Positions 10,187-20,477 of a stretch of 64,000 nt of DNA are shown here, in pieces. Numbering within the stretch: position 1 is the stretch's first letter; each line of letters begins with the position of its first letter. The notes under the pieces were generated by a model that saw only the letters and a program-made list of their open reading frames with translations, was not told the origin of the DNA and ran no database searches. The translations under genes were made by a program, and so were the position numbers. Source of the stretch: an uncultured Pirellulales bacterium (GTDB lineage: Bacteria; Planctomycetota; Phycisphaerae; Sedimentisphaerales; SM23-30); the NCBI GenBank assembly GCA_964482555.1, contig CAYZXY010000001.1, positions 165,030 through 229,029 of the forward strand, written 5' to 3'.

Positions 10187-10287
10187 ATGCTGCATCTCAC
10201 CATGTTGGTATAATCTTTCGGTGACGTTTATATATTATCGGTATCCCTTTCCATATACCGTCTGGGTAAAAAGCCCGCGGAATGCTA

Positions 10288-11700
10288 TTATTTCACTGCG
10301 ACATCGCTGGGCGGCATAATCACTTTATCTATAACATGAATCACGCCGTTGCTGCATTTAATGTCCTTGAATTCGACATTGGCATCATCAACCATCAGTG
10401 AGAAGTAGACGGGAGAGCCCTGCAGCGTCCGGGATGAGCGTGTCTTGATAATATCCATGGAATAGACGTTACCCGGCACAACATGGTATTTCAAAATACT
10501 CTGCAATTTCGGCTTGCCTTCAGGACTGAGAAGGTATTTCAGCGTCGAATCCGGAATCGCGGCAAACGCTTCATCCGTCGGTGCGAACACCGTTAACGAT
10601 TTGCCGTTATTTATAGCGCCGTCCAGGTCTGCCGCCTTGACGGCGGTGATCAGGGTATTGAAATTGCCGGCCTTATTGGCCGTCGTAATGATGTCATTAT
10701 AGGCAGCCGCTGGCGTCGGCGTGATTACCGCGTCAATCACGTGGATAACACCATTTTTCGCATAGAGGTTCTTCACTACTATCCGGGCGTTATCCACAAA
10801 TAGATTGCTTCCCTTTCGGCTAAACGCCACATCGCTGCCCTGCAGCGTCTGTATCTGACTCAGACGCTCGGCATTTTCCGCCGCAATCTCGCCCGAAACT
10901 ACGTGATATTTCAAAATTGACTGCAAAGTTTTCTTGCCGCCGGGACTGAGCAATTTATCCAGAGTCCCTGCCGGCAATGCCGCAAAGGCTTCGTCCGTGG
11001 GCGCGAACACCGTAAAGGGGCCTTCGCCATTCAATGCATCCTTCAGACCAGCCGCATGGATGGCCGTCAATAACGTATTAAACTTGCCTGCCTTGGCGGC
11101 CACTTCCAGAACAGGACTGTCCTTGTACATCTGCGGATGCTGTTCGGGAGGCATGATTACCGCGTCGATTACATGAATCACACCATTGCTGCATTTGATG
11201 TCCGTCTTAACTAATTTAGCATTGTTAACCAGCAGACTTAATTTTACATTTTTTCCAATCAGCGTCTGCGCTGAAGCCGTTTTAATCAGATCGCTTGAAT
11301 ATACCTTGCCCGGTACAACATGGTAAGTGAGAATGCTCTGAAGTTGTGCCTTATTTTCTGGTTTCAGCAAGGATGTCAAAGTACCTGCCGGCAGACTGGC
11401 AAATGCCGCGTCCGTCGGGGCAAACACTGTAAAGGGCCCGCCATTCTGGAGCGGGTCCACCAGGTCGGCCGCTTTCACCGCGGCAACGAGGGTGTTAAAA
11501 TCACCGGCACCCACCGCGGTTTCGACAATAGTTTGACCGCCCACACTGCATGTCTGTCCGCTCGCGTAAGTTGTCATCATTTTCGAGGATGAACTGGAGG
11601 ACGTTTCTTTCGTCATCGTTGACCCGCATTGAGCCAGCGCCAATCCACTGGAAACCAACAAGACCGCTGCAATATTGAATTTTTGTAATGCCTTCATCAT
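10288..11700 (-). CDS. Secreted protein with three fasciclin (FAS1) domains
   Basis: Signal peptide; three repeats of FNTL.AA...L....[11 protein letters not shown]...L+SILKYHVV.G...[10 protein letters not shown]; AAGGAG RBS. Confidence 0.95.
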   Translation of the reverse strand: MMKALQKFNIAAVLLVSSGLALAQCGSTMTKETSSSSSSKMMTTYASGQTCSVGGQTIVETAVGAGDFNTLVAAVKAADLVDPLQNGGPFTVFAPTDAAFASLPAGTLTSLLKPENKAQLQSILTYHVVPGKVYSSDLIKTASAQTLIGKNVKLSLLVNNAKLVKTDIKCSNGVIHVIDAVIMPPEQHPQMYKDSPVLEVAAKAGKFNTLLTAIHAAGLKDALNGEGPFTVFAPTDEAFAALPAGTLDKLLSPGGKKTLQSILKYHVVSGEIAAENAERLSQIQTLQGSDVAFSRKGSNLFVDNARIVVKNLYAKNGVIHVIDAVITPTPAAAYNDIITTANKAGNFNTLITAVKAADLDGAINNGKSLTVFAPTDEAFAAIPDSTLKYLLSPEGKPKLQSILKYHVVPGNVYSMDIIKTRSSRTLQGSPVYFSLMVDDANVEFKDIKCSNGVIHVIDKVIMPPSDVAVK

Positions 11701-11927
11701 CATATCTCCTTTCAGGAAATTTTCGGCTCGCATAATTTATTAAAACGTTCATATCGTTCACATGCCATATACTAGACCTGCCGGTCAGGCAAAGGCAAGT
11801 TTTTTGGAATTTTTATTTAAAATTTTTATAATATGTTGAATATAAGCGATTTATTGGATAATATATTTTTAGAACATCATTGTTTTGCTAAATATTAATC
11901 GTTCAAAACATTCGATTAAGGCAGTAT

Positions 11928-12788
11928 ATGAAACAGAAATTCAGTCCCAAAGAGCTGGCCAGAATCATCGATGCCAGCGAGGCTTCCATAAAGAGATGGT
12001 GCGACAAAGGCGTTCTGGCCACGGAAAGGACGCCCGGCGGTCATCGCAAGATACACGTCAGTTCCGTTCTGGCCTTGATAAAGGAAAACCATGTCCCCGT
12101 AAAGGATCCGGCCCTTTTGGGCCTGCCGTACAGCCCCGGCGTATCCGGTTTGAGCATGCAAGATGCCCAGTATTGTTTTGAAACGGCCCTGGAAGAAGGT
12201 AATGAACAACTGGCCCGGTATGTGGTGTTTGATCTGTATATGAACGGCACGCCGCCGGCCGTTATTTGCGATGATGTGATCGCGGTTTCCTATCATAACC
12301 TGGGGGACAAATGGCAGCATGACATTATTGAAATTTACCAGGAACGCCGGGCCGTCCAATTGACACATCGTATAATTAATGCGTTGCGAGAGGCCTTACC
12401 CCCCGCGCCGGCACACGCATCGCGGGCAATCGGAGCGACGCTGAAGGGTGATCCCTATTCGCTGCCGGGCATGATGATCGAGTGCTGCCTGTCGGCAATG
12501 AGCTGGAATGCCGTCTTTTATGGCGGCGAACATCCGACAGACACGCTCTGTTCGGCAATCGCGATTGAGCAGCCACGATTGTTCTGGCTGAGCGTTTCGA
12601 CCATCGCCAACGAACAAGCGTTTATTCAGTCGCTGCGGAAGATATATCACACTGCCGCCGATTTGAATGTCTTACTGGCACTGGGCGGCCGGGCTATAAC
12701 GCCGGAACTGCGAAAAAAAATAGATTACACCATTTTCTGCGATACCGTAAAAGAACTGACTTCGTTTGCGAAAGCGCTGGATCAGTAA
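11928..12788 (+). CDS. MerR-type HTH plus B12-binding-like domain regulator (CarH/LitR-like)
   Basis: FSPKELARIIDASEASIKRWCDKG...RTPGGHRK HTH; four-helix cap and Rossmann-like domain (LALGGRA). Confidence 0.85.
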   Translation: MKQKFSPKELARIIDASEASIKRWCDKGVLATERTPGGHRKIHVSSVLALIKENHVPVKDPALLGLPYSPGVSGLSMQDAQYCFETALEEGNEQLARYVVFDLYMNGTPPAVICDDVIAVSYHNLGDKWQHDIIEIYQERRAVQLTHRIINALREALPPAPAHASRAIGATLKGDPYSLPGMMIECCLSAMSWNAVFYGGEHPTDTLCSAIAIEQPRLFWLSVSTIANEQAFIQSLRKIYHTAADLNVLLALGGRAITPELRKKIDYTIFCDTVKELTSFAKALDQ

Positions 12789-12807
12789 GGACACATTTCG
12801 ACAACCC

Positions 12808-12861
12808 TCCGCATATAATTATGTTCCGACAAAACGTGTAATGTCAATCGGAAAGAGTGTA
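12808..12861 (-). mobile_element. Family-1 left-half fragment, reverse orientation
   Basis: Reverse complement TACACTCTTTCCGATTGACATTACACGTTTTGTCGGAACATAATTATATGCGGA. Confidence 0.8.
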
Positions 12862-12864
12862 CAT

Positions 12865-12903
12865 AAAAAAACGGGCCAGGCCTTTCGTGAAGACCGCCCG
12901 TTT
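12865..12903 (-). terminator. Intrinsic terminator downstream of hisG
   Basis: AAACGGGC...GCCCGTTT hairpin with a 7-nt T tract on the minus strand. Confidence 0.6.
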
Positions 12904-12959
12904 ACACTTCATAATCTTATTGGCCCATAATGCCGTCCGGCAACTATGCCTGTCCCCGC

Positions 12960-13832
12960 TTACGGAATCACCAGGTTCAGCGGATACGTAAATATCCCCG
13001 AAGCCCCGACCTTGATCAGCTTCGGAATCAGTTCCTTCGCCAGCGTCTCCTCCAGAATAACCTCCAGCGCCCGGTACCCCTCATCCGCCAGACAACTGAC
13101 CGTCGGCGACTTCTCCGACGGCAGCAGAGCCAGCGCCTCGTTCAGCTTCTCCGTCGGCACATTCATCTTCATGCCCACCTTCTCGCGACCGTCGATCGCC
13201 CCGTTCAGCAGCTTGGCCAGCGCCTCGATCTTATCCCGCTTGAATTCATCTTCCCACGCAGCTTTGTTCGCGATCAGCCGCGTCGTACTGGTCATGACCG
13301 TATCGACAATACGCAGATTGTTCGCCCGCAGACTCGAACCCGTTTCGGTAATCTCCACAATACCGTCGAGCAGCCGGGCCTTGACCTCGGTCGCCCCCCA
13401 CGAAAACTCCACTCGCACATCGATGTTCCTGCCCGCAAAGTAACTCCGCGTCACATTCACCAGTTCCGTCGCGATTATCTTGCCGTTCAAATCCTCGACC
13501 TTCTCCACCGGCGATTCGTTCGGCACCGCCAGCACCCAGCGGGCCGGCTTCGATGTCGCCTTCGAATACACCAGCTCGCAGACTTCCACCACATCCGAAT
13601 TGTTCTCGCAGACCCAGTCCAGCCCCGTCAACCCCATATCGACTACCCCGTCCTCGACATAACGGCTCATCTCCTGCGCCCGGAACATCACCGCATTCAA
13701 CTCCGGATCATCAAACGAAGGGAAATAACTCCGCGACGAAACCTGAACATCAAATCCCGCACGACGAAACAAATCAAACGTCGATTCCTGCAAACTGCCC
13801 TTGGGCAAACCGATCTTCAATACCTTTTCCAA
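12960..13832 (-). CDS. hisG: ATP phosphoribosyltransferase (long form)
   Basis: [52 protein letters not shown]. Confidence 0.97.
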   Translation of the reverse strand: MEKVLKIGLPKGSLQESTFDLFRRAGFDVQVSSRSYFPSFDDPELNAVMFRAQEMSRYVEDGVVDMGLTGLDWVCENNSDVVEVCELVYSKATSKPARWVLAVPNESPVEKVEDLNGKIIATELVNVTRSYFAGRNIDVRVEFSWGATEVKARLLDGIVEITETGSSLRANNLRIVDTVMTSTTRLIANKAAWEDEFKRDKIEALAKLLNGAIDGREKVGMKMNVPTEKLNEALALLPSEKSPTVSCLADEGYRALEVILEETLAKELIPKLIKVGASGIFTYPLNLVIP

Positions 13833-13999
13833 TGTTTTCTTCCTTTATCACTCCCGGGGTTAATCTCTATCCATGCCGGCACGACGCCATCGCACACCTG
13901 AATTCCTCAAGTCCGCCGCCCGGCAACACATCTAACCGATTTTCTCTTTCCATCATCCTGCCTTGTAGCCGCCAGCAGCAGCCCTTGACTCTCCAGTCG

Positions 14000-14635
14000 T
14001 CACTGCTTTTTAGAGGTCTTCTTGCGGCCGCGGTTCTTTTCGGCGTACTTACGCAACAAAGCATAGCTCTGCTGAATCTGGCTGGCTGATATCTGTCGTT
14101 CCATAAATCCCTGTACGTCCGTTTCGTCCGCCTGCGGATTGACTACGTCCTCTTTCTGCAACATCTCCATCATAATCGGATTGACCGGAAACGCATGCGC
14201 CCCCACTCCCTGCAGCATGACCCGCGCAGACACATAAGCGTTCGTACTCCTGAGCGATTCAAAAAAGGATTTCGCTTCTCGCTTGCTTCCTTGTGTATAT
14301 TCCGATAAATCCAGCGAATCACGCTTAATATACACTTCGTTCAGTACCGCCAGTATCTGCTGCGATGTCTCATCGGCTTCGGGATAGGTCTTGCCCAGAA
14401 TTTCGGCCACCTCCGCTGACCGGCTCACACGCAGCTCATTAAAATCGACATACGACTGCCGTAAACGGTTCAGAGCCGTCCGTGCTTTATTTTCGGTTGC
14501 GTTATACGTTAAACAGGCCAGCAGAAGCGATGTGGTGGGATCCAGTTCTTCCAGCTTTGAAGAAGAACCCCCTTCGCGTTTTATACGGTTTATCAGCTTT
14601 TTCAAACGCGGTGCATATTCGGAACTATCTTTCAT
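14000..14635 (-). CDS. Endonuclease III/HhH-GPD-fold protein, catalytically degenerate
   Basis: DPTTSLLLACL...DFNELRVSRSAEVAEIL and AFPVN resemble the HhH-GPD family; no LPGIG-K, no catalytic Asp, no Fe-S motif. Confidence 0.65.
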   Translation of the reverse strand: MKDSSEYAPRLKKLINRIKREGGSSSKLEELDPTTSLLLACLTYNATENKARTALNRLRQSYVDFNELRVSRSAEVAEILGKTYPEADETSQQILAVLNEVYIKRDSLDLSEYTQGSKREAKSFFESLRSTNAYVSARVMLQGVGAHAFPVNPIMMEMLQKEDVVNPQADETDVQGFMERQISASQIQQSYALLRKYAEKNRGRKKTSKKQ

Positions 14636-14719
14636 ACAAACGCCTCAAAATCTCTTACAATTATCGGAAACATCTCATATTATTCAAATTGCCCGGTCTC
14701 CGGCAACCTTTCGTATCGC

Positions 14720-15148
14720 TCATGCCTCTTCGTCCGGATCATCCTCGTCCCCCTCATCCTCCGACCAGTCCGTCTCGTCCGGATCCGCGGCTTCATCATG
14801 CCGCTCCGCCGAAACCTGATTGATCAACTGCAGCACCTCAAAACCTTTCTTCAGGGAATCATCCTGGATAATCTGCAAAGTCGGACAATTCCGAGTCCGC
14901 AAAACCTCGGCCAGCCGCGACTGAATAAACCCGCTCGCATGACGCACCGCGTCCACGGACAGCTTCTCCTGCCGGGGATTAACACCCGCCACACTGAGAT
15001 ACACGCGCGATATCGTCAGATCGGCGCTGGTTTCTACCCGCGTCACGCTGACCAATCCCTGAATCCGGGGATCGGATAACTGGTTCTGAATCACCGCACT
15101 GATCGTATCGCGTACAATCCGGTTTATACGTTCTATTCTTCTTGACAT
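14720..15148 (-). CDS. rbfA: Ribosome-binding factor A
   Basis: RIERINRIVRDTIS..LSDPRI..VSVTRVETSADL..ASGFIQSRLA..LRTRNCPTL. Confidence 0.95.
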   Translation of the reverse strand: MSRRIERINRIVRDTISAVIQNQLSDPRIQGLVSVTRVETSADLTISRVYLSVAGVNPRQEKLSVDAVRHASGFIQSRLAEVLRTRNCPTLQIIQDDSLKKGFEVLQLINQVSAERHDEAADPDETDWSEDEGDEDDPDEEA

Positions 15149-15154
15149 CTTCGG

Positions 15155-15436
15155 CTATATCGTCTCAATATCGTAATCTATTAAAACGCATTGAGGCGTT
15201 TTCTGTATAAAATTGACGATCTCCATCAGTGCCGACTGCACAAACCGGCTGTCATTGGCCACCATCGAGACCCCCAGGACCGAGGTCCGAATACTATCCT
15301 GGTGCTCGACTTCCGCGATGGAGACATTAAACTTATTGCTGATGCGGTCCTTCAGGCTCTTTATCACTCGCCGCTTGTTTTTCAGGTTCATGGCATCAAA
15401 CACACTCACCCGCACTTGCAACACACCCACTATCAT
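15155..15436 (-). CDS. DUF503 (YlxP-like) protein
   Basis: MIVGVLQV..LKNKRRVIKSLKDRISNKFNVSIAEV; usual position in the infB-rbfA operon. Confidence 0.92.
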   Translation of the reverse strand: MIVGVLQVRVSVFDAMNLKNKRRVIKSLKDRISNKFNVSIAEVEHQDSIRTSVLGVSMVANDSRFVQSALMEIVNFIQKTPQCVLIDYDIETI

Positions 15437-15521
15437 CCTTTACCGCTTTCAAAAAAACGCTTCTCCTTCTGTCAGAAACTATCTCCATCCCGATTCCGCC
15501 GGGCTCGTATTCGCGGGCATC

Positions 15522-15624
15522 TATACTCGTTCCGATTGAAAATACCCGTTTTTCGGAACGTAATTATATGCGGATAAAAGCTTACGCCCGGCCCTGCCGG
15601 GAGCTTTCTAACCAATTGGGTATA
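15522..15624 (+). mobile_element. 105-bp repeat family 1, copy D
   Basis: Near-consensus copy between infB and the DUF503 gene. Confidence 0.93.
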
Positions 15625-15661
15625 CTTGCTGAAAAAAACATGAGGTTTCGCCAGCAGCCGA

Positions 15662-18652
15662 TTATTTAACGGAATCCAGCGTCCGGTTCACTTCGACCAG
15701 CTCGTAAGCCTCCAGAATATCGCCTTCCTTAATAGCATCGAAACCAACCAGTTTGATGCCGCATTCGTAACCATGGCGGACCTCACTGCTGTCGTCCTTA
15801 CCGCGCCGCAGCGACTGTAGCGGCGAGTTGTCTCGAATCACCACATTATCGCGAATCACCCGGAATCGCGCCGAACGATTGACCACTCCCTCAGTCACAT
15901 AACAACCCGCGATCACGCCCAGCCGCGAAATGCGGAATAACTGCCGGACCTCCACGCGACCCAGCGGCTTCTCTTCAATATACGGCTCCAACATACCTTC
16001 CAGCGCCTTTTTGATATCGTCGCTGATCTGGTAAATCACGCGGTAAAGACGGATTTCCACACCTTCACGCTCCGCCAGAGACCGGGCCCGGTCATCCGCG
16101 ACAACCTGGAAACCGATGATAATCGCATTCGACGCCTGCGCCAGCAGCACATCGCTTTCCGTAACCCCGCCCACCGCGGCATGCAGAATCTTCACCGCGA
16201 CTTCTTTGGTGTTCATTTCCTGTATGGTGTTGCATAAAACGTCCACGGACCCTTGCACATCCGCCTTGACGATCACGTTCAGTTCCTTCAATGCCCCGGC
16301 TGCAATCTCGGTAAACAGATTGTCCAGCGTAATCTGGCGGCGCTGGGCCAGCTTTTTCTCACGCTTTTGCGTTCGCTGTTCGCCCGCAATTTGTGCCGCC
16401 CGGGTGATGTTGTCCACGACATAAAAACGATCGCCCGCCACCGGAATCTCGTCCAGCCCCGTCACCTCGACCGGCGTTGACGGCCCCGCCTCTGTAATCG
16501 TTTTGCCCGTGGCATCGTACATGGTCCGAATTCGACCATACGCACATCTCGAAACAATGATATCGCCCGCCTTGAGTTTGCCGCCCTTGACCAGCATCCG
16601 CGCCACGGCGCCTTGATAGGAAGTCATCTCCGACTCTACCACCCAGCCGGTCGCCGGTCCCTCGTCAACCGCTTGCAGGTTATTCAACTCCGCGACATAA
16701 TCCAGATATTCCAGCAAATCGTCAACACCCATGCCCGTCGCAGCGCTGGTACGGACGACTTCCACATCGCCGCCCCATTCGGTCGGCAGCAATCCCTTAT
16801 CCGCCAGCTGCCCCAGAACCCGGTTCTCATCCGCGTTCGGCAGATCCATCTTGTTCAGAGCAACGATAATCGGCACGTTCGCGGCCTTGGCATGGTTGAT
16901 CGCCTCTTCCGTCTGCGGCATGACGCCGTCATCAACCGCCACCACCAGGACCAGGACATCGGTCATCGTCGCCCCCCGCGACCGCATCTCCGTAAATGCT
17001 TTATGACCCGGCGTATCCAGAAATGCCACCCGCCGACTGCCGTCATCGAACAGATACGATCCGATATGCTGCGTAATGCCGCCGGCTTCGCCCGCCGTCA
17101 CATCCGCCTGACGAATCCGGTCCAGCAGCGATGTCTTACCATGATCGACATGGCCCAGAAACGCCACAATCGGTGGCCGCTTCTGCAATCGGGTCTCGTC
17201 AGCTTCCTTTTCAAACTCGCCTGCCAGATCATCCCAGAGCAGAGTTTTCTCTTCCACTTCCAGCTCAATGCCAAACTCCAGCGCCACCGCCATGGCCGCG
17301 TTGGTCTCCAACGCCTGGTTAATATTCGCCATGGTCCCCATAGCCATCAGCTTGGCAATAATTTCATTGGCCCGAATGCCGATTGCCGAACTGAGCTCCT
17401 TTATGGTAATCGGCTCTTTGACAACCGCCTTGTCGATCTTCGTTCGGAATGCATAGCCGCCGGTCGATGCATACTCATGACGGGCAAGCTGCTGCTCCTT
17501 ACGATGCAGTTTCGAACCCGAAGCCTGGTCCAGACGCTGCTGACGCTCCAGTAAATCGCGATTACGCCATTCCTGCGTGTCCGGCTCCGTCGTCTCGTAG
17601 CGACGACTGGAACCCCGACGCCGCTGTGACCGGCTGGTTTTTTTCTTGGACGCATCTTCCGTATCCGTGGCACCCGCAACCTGTTTATCCTTGCGCCGAC
17701 GCTTGCTCCCTGCCGGATCATCCGGGGCGGGCGCCGCTTTCTTCGCATCGGAAATCTCCGGCCGCGTATTTAACGCCCCTCTGCGGTTCCCGCGCGACGA
17801 CGGCGGTTGCAACGTCGTTTCCGCCGCCTCCGTCCGAATCACCTTCGGTCCCTGTAAAACCGCGGGGGCCGGCACAAATTCCGCCGGCTTCGGCGGCTCC
17901 TTCGACGGCTCGGGCGGTTTGGGTAATTCCCGGGCAATGATACGCGGGCCCACTTGCTGCGGCGGCTCGGGTGTATCAGACCGAGCCTCAATCGTCTCGG
18001 TCTCTAACTGATGCGCCGCGGCCTTTTCCTGCGGCGCGGCTTCTGTCGTCTTCTCTTCTTCTACAACCTCTGTCGTCACGTGTTCTCTTTGCTCCTCATG
18101 TTCATGCAATTCCTTGGGGCTCATCCGCCTGGGACGACCAGACTTCTCATCCAAATGCAGGTGCGGCGATTGCGCAGGCTTTGTCTCCTGACTTATCGCC
18201 GTGGCCGCAGCCAGTGTGTCGTCTTCGTCCGAACGGGTTACCAGTTCCGCCTGCTCATCCTCTGCTTTTTCATGTTCACCAGACTTAATCTCTTCAATGG
18301 AAACGGCACACGCTGCCGGTTCGGCAGCTTCCGTCTCCGTTTCTACCGCTTCGTCAACATCCATTTCCGCCACCGCCACAAAATCTTCATGCACTTCCAC
18401 CGTTCCGTGTTCGCCTTCCTTCTTCTTACGGGCTTTGGTGTTTTTAACCTTTTCCAGATCGACCGGAGCAGCCGTCTCGACCGTCGTGGCATTTTCTCCA
18501 GTCGAAAACCACTCCCGTATCGTCGCCTCCAGACCGGCTGATAGTGTGCTCATGTGGTTTTTTATGTCCAGACCCTCCGCCTGACACTTGGCAACAACCG
18601 CAGTGCTTTTAACTCCAAGTTCTTTGGCAAGTTGGAATACGCGTCTAGCCAC
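15662..18652 (-). CDS. infB: Translation initiation factor IF-2
   Basis: RVFQLAKELG; GHVDHGKTSLLD, GGITQHIG, DTPGH, NKMD, KADVQGS. Confidence 0.99.
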   Translation of the reverse strand: MARRVFQLAKELGVKSTAVVAKCQAEGLDIKNHMSTLSAGLEATIREWFSTGENATTVETAAPVDLEKVKNTKARKKKEGEHGTVEVHEDFVAVAEMDVDEAVETETEAAEPAACAVSIEEIKSGEHEKAEDEQAELVTRSDEDDTLAAATAISQETKPAQSPHLHLDEKSGRPRRMSPKELHEHEEQREHVTTEVVEEEKTTEAAPQEKAAAHQLETETIEARSDTPEPPQQVGPRIIARELPKPPEPSKEPPKPAEFVPAPAVLQGPKVIRTEAAETTLQPPSSRGNRRGALNTRPEISDAKKAAPAPDDPAGSKRRRKDKQVAGATDTEDASKKKTSRSQRRRGSSRRYETTEPDTQEWRNRDLLERQQRLDQASGSKLHRKEQQLARHEYASTGGYAFRTKIDKAVVKEPITIKELSSAIGIRANEIIAKLMAMGTMANINQALETNAAMAVALEFGIELEVEEKTLLWDDLAGEFEKEADETRLQKRPPIVAFLGHVDHGKTSLLDRIRQADVTAGEAGGITQHIGSYLFDDGSRRVAFLDTPGHKAFTEMRSRGATMTDVLVLVVAVDDGVMPQTEEAINHAKAANVPIIVALNKMDLPNADENRVLGQLADKGLLPTEWGGDVEVVRTSAATGMGVDDLLEYLDYVAELNNLQAVDEGPATGWVVESEMTSYQGAVARMLVKGGKLKAGDIIVSRCAYGRIRTMYDATGKTITEAGPSTPVEVTGLDEIPVAGDRFYVVDNITRAAQIAGEQRTQKREKKLAQRRQITLDNLFTEIAAGALKELNVIVKADVQGSVDVLCNTIQEMNTKEVAVKILHAAVGGVTESDVLLAQASNAIIIGFQVVADDRARSLAEREGVEIRLYRVIYQISDDIKKALEGMLEPYIEEKPLGRVEVRQLFRISRLGVIAGCYVTEGVVNRSARFRVIRDNVVIRDNSPLQSLRRGKDDSSEVRHGYECGIKLVGFDAIKEGDILEAYELVEVNRTLDSVK

Positions 18653-18767
18653 TAAGAAACCTCCGCTATAATTTCAAAATTCAATTCTAATTTATTCAAC
18701 TGTGTCACGAGCATCTTACCCGTGAAAATATTCATTAAAAAATGCATATCAAATTGTATGTTCATTT

Positions 18768-20129
18768 TCAGGCCTGTTCGTTCGCGGCGATGTCATCATT
18801 GACATCCTTAGGCGTACCGTCGGCTTCCGCGTCCACCGTATCAACCGGTGCGGTCGAAATCAAAGATGATAGATTCGACTGTGCCTCATCCGCCGCCACC
18901 GGACCACGACGCGACGGACCGCCCTTAACGCTGATCTCCTTAGCCAAAACAGCCTGAGCCGCCGTCGCCGCGGCCTGACCGCTCTGGGCCTGACGTCTGG
19001 CCTCTACACTTCCGGCCGCTACCACCAGCCGCGCCTGCTCCGGATTCAGATTGAGCGACTGAACCAGCGGCTCAACCCCCACCTCTTCCAGATCAAGCAC
19101 CGAAATAATCCCCAACGCCATAATCTGGTCGATCAGCGTATCATCCACACCTTCAACCGTTCGCAGCGTCTTAATCAGTATTTCAATCCCCGCGGAGTAC
19201 TCCGACGGCGTCAAAATATCGATATCCCAGTTCGTCAATCGAGCCGCCAGCCGCACATTCTGACCACGCTTGCCGATCGCCAGCGACAACTGATCTTCAC
19301 CAACCACCACCGTGGCCCGGTTCAACTCGAAACACAAGGCTATTTCCTTGATTTCCGCCGGCCGCAAGGCATTTCCAATGAACACCTGAGACGATTCGTT
19401 CCAGCGTACAATATCTATCTTCTCGCCGCCCAGCTCATCAACAATATTTTTAATGCGGCTGCCCCGCACACCCACACACGCCCCGACGGCATCAACCTTC
19501 GAATCCATGCTCAACACCGCCACCTTCGTCCGATAACCGGCCTCACGTGACAACGACTTGATCTCAATCACATGATCCGCAACTTCAGGCACCTCCTGCT
19601 CGAACAGCCGCCGAATAAAATCCGGATGCGTCCGCGACAAAATAATCTTCACCTGATTCGCCGCTTCCTTGACCTCATATATCATTGCCCGGATACGCTC
19701 GCTCGGATGATTCGATTCACCCGGAATCTGCTCGCTCTTGGGTAAAATTGCTTCGGTACGCCCCAGATTCACAATAGTTGTACCACCCTCAAAGCGAGCT
19801 ATCGTCCCCACGATAATTTCACCCACCCGTTCCTGATATTCATTATATATACTGCCGCGCTCGTCTTCTCGCAGCCTCTGAATCATGACCTGCTTGGCCG
19901 TCTGGGCGGGAATGCGACCCAGTTGTTTAATGTCAATCTCCTCACCATCCAGCTGTGTAGAAATCTCACCTGTTTCCCGATCTATACGCACTTCAACTTC
20001 ATGAGCAAGCCCAAAATGCTTGCGAGCTGCCGATTTCATTGCCGTCTCCAGATCTACCAGGATGCTCTCGCGATCTATATTCTTGTCACGTGCAATGCTG
20101 TCCACATTTCGTAATAGCTCTTGATTCAT
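18768..20129 (-). CDS. nusA: Transcription termination/antitermination factor NusA
   Basis: GRIPAQTAKQV, SRTHPDF..LFEQEVPE, REAGYRTKVAV, GACVGVRGSRI, LAIGKRGQNVRLAARLT. Confidence 0.99.
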   Translation of the reverse strand: MNQELLRNVDSIARDKNIDRESILVDLETAMKSAARKHFGLAHEVEVRIDRETGEISTQLDGEEIDIKQLGRIPAQTAKQVMIQRLREDERGSIYNEYQERVGEIIVGTIARFEGGTTIVNLGRTEAILPKSEQIPGESNHPSERIRAMIYEVKEAANQVKIILSRTHPDFIRRLFEQEVPEVADHVIEIKSLSREAGYRTKVAVLSMDSKVDAVGACVGVRGSRIKNIVDELGGEKIDIVRWNESSQVFIGNALRPAEIKEIALCFELNRATVVVGEDQLSLAIGKRGQNVRLAARLTNWDIDILTPSEYSAGIEILIKTLRTVEGVDDTLIDQIMALGIISVLDLEEVGVEPLVQSLNLNPEQARLVVAAGSVEARRQAQSGQAAATAAQAVLAKEISVKGGPSRRGPVAADEAQSNLSSLISTAPVDTVDAEADGTPKDVNDDIAANEQA

Positions 20130-20251
20130 AATCTGCTTTACCTTCTGTCTATGAAAAACTTTTCGGCAATTAAATCCTAAGCCGTCTCAATGAAACGACT
20201 TATATTTTTCATCGCTCCACAGCCCCTCTTGTCCATTCTAATTTATGAAAT

Positions 20252-20284
20252 AAAAAAAAGTGGGCCCGTAACGGTAACCCACTT
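20252..20284 (-). terminator. Intrinsic terminator/attenuator about 120 nt upstream of nusA
   Basis: Minus strand AAGTGGG-TTACCGTTACGGG-CCCACTT followed by T8. Confidence 0.75.
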
Positions 20285-20285
20285 C

Positions 20286-20477
20286 ATCGCATAAGTAAAG
20301 CGATACTCAGGTCTGCCCTGAATACCGCGGTTTATTCCAAACGTATCAAAATCAGGGACTGTACTCTGAATACTCGAAGTACAGCTTTGACGGTATTCCT
20401 GGGCAGCCCTGACGGGCGCCATCATCATCCCAAAAGCGTCTGCCGCTTTTTTGTCCTAATCTTTCAGGACTAAAAGC
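20286..20477. ncRNA. Candidate structured RNA upstream of nusA (unassigned)
   Basis: Nested stems CAGG/CCTG, CTGCCC/GGGCAG, GAATACCG/CGGTATTC, TCAAA/TTTGA, CTGTACT/AGTACAG; flanked by terminator-like hairpins. Confidence 0.45.

Noticed and set aside
10254-10280. TATACCGTCTGGGTAAAAAGCCCG as a reversed right-end relic of family 1
   Set aside because: Similarity is short and gapped, so it was not counted among the 23 copies.
11745-11765. CGTTCA direct repeat as a CarH-type operator
   Set aside because: Only two short copies at 9-nt spacing in AT-rich DNA; too weak to call.
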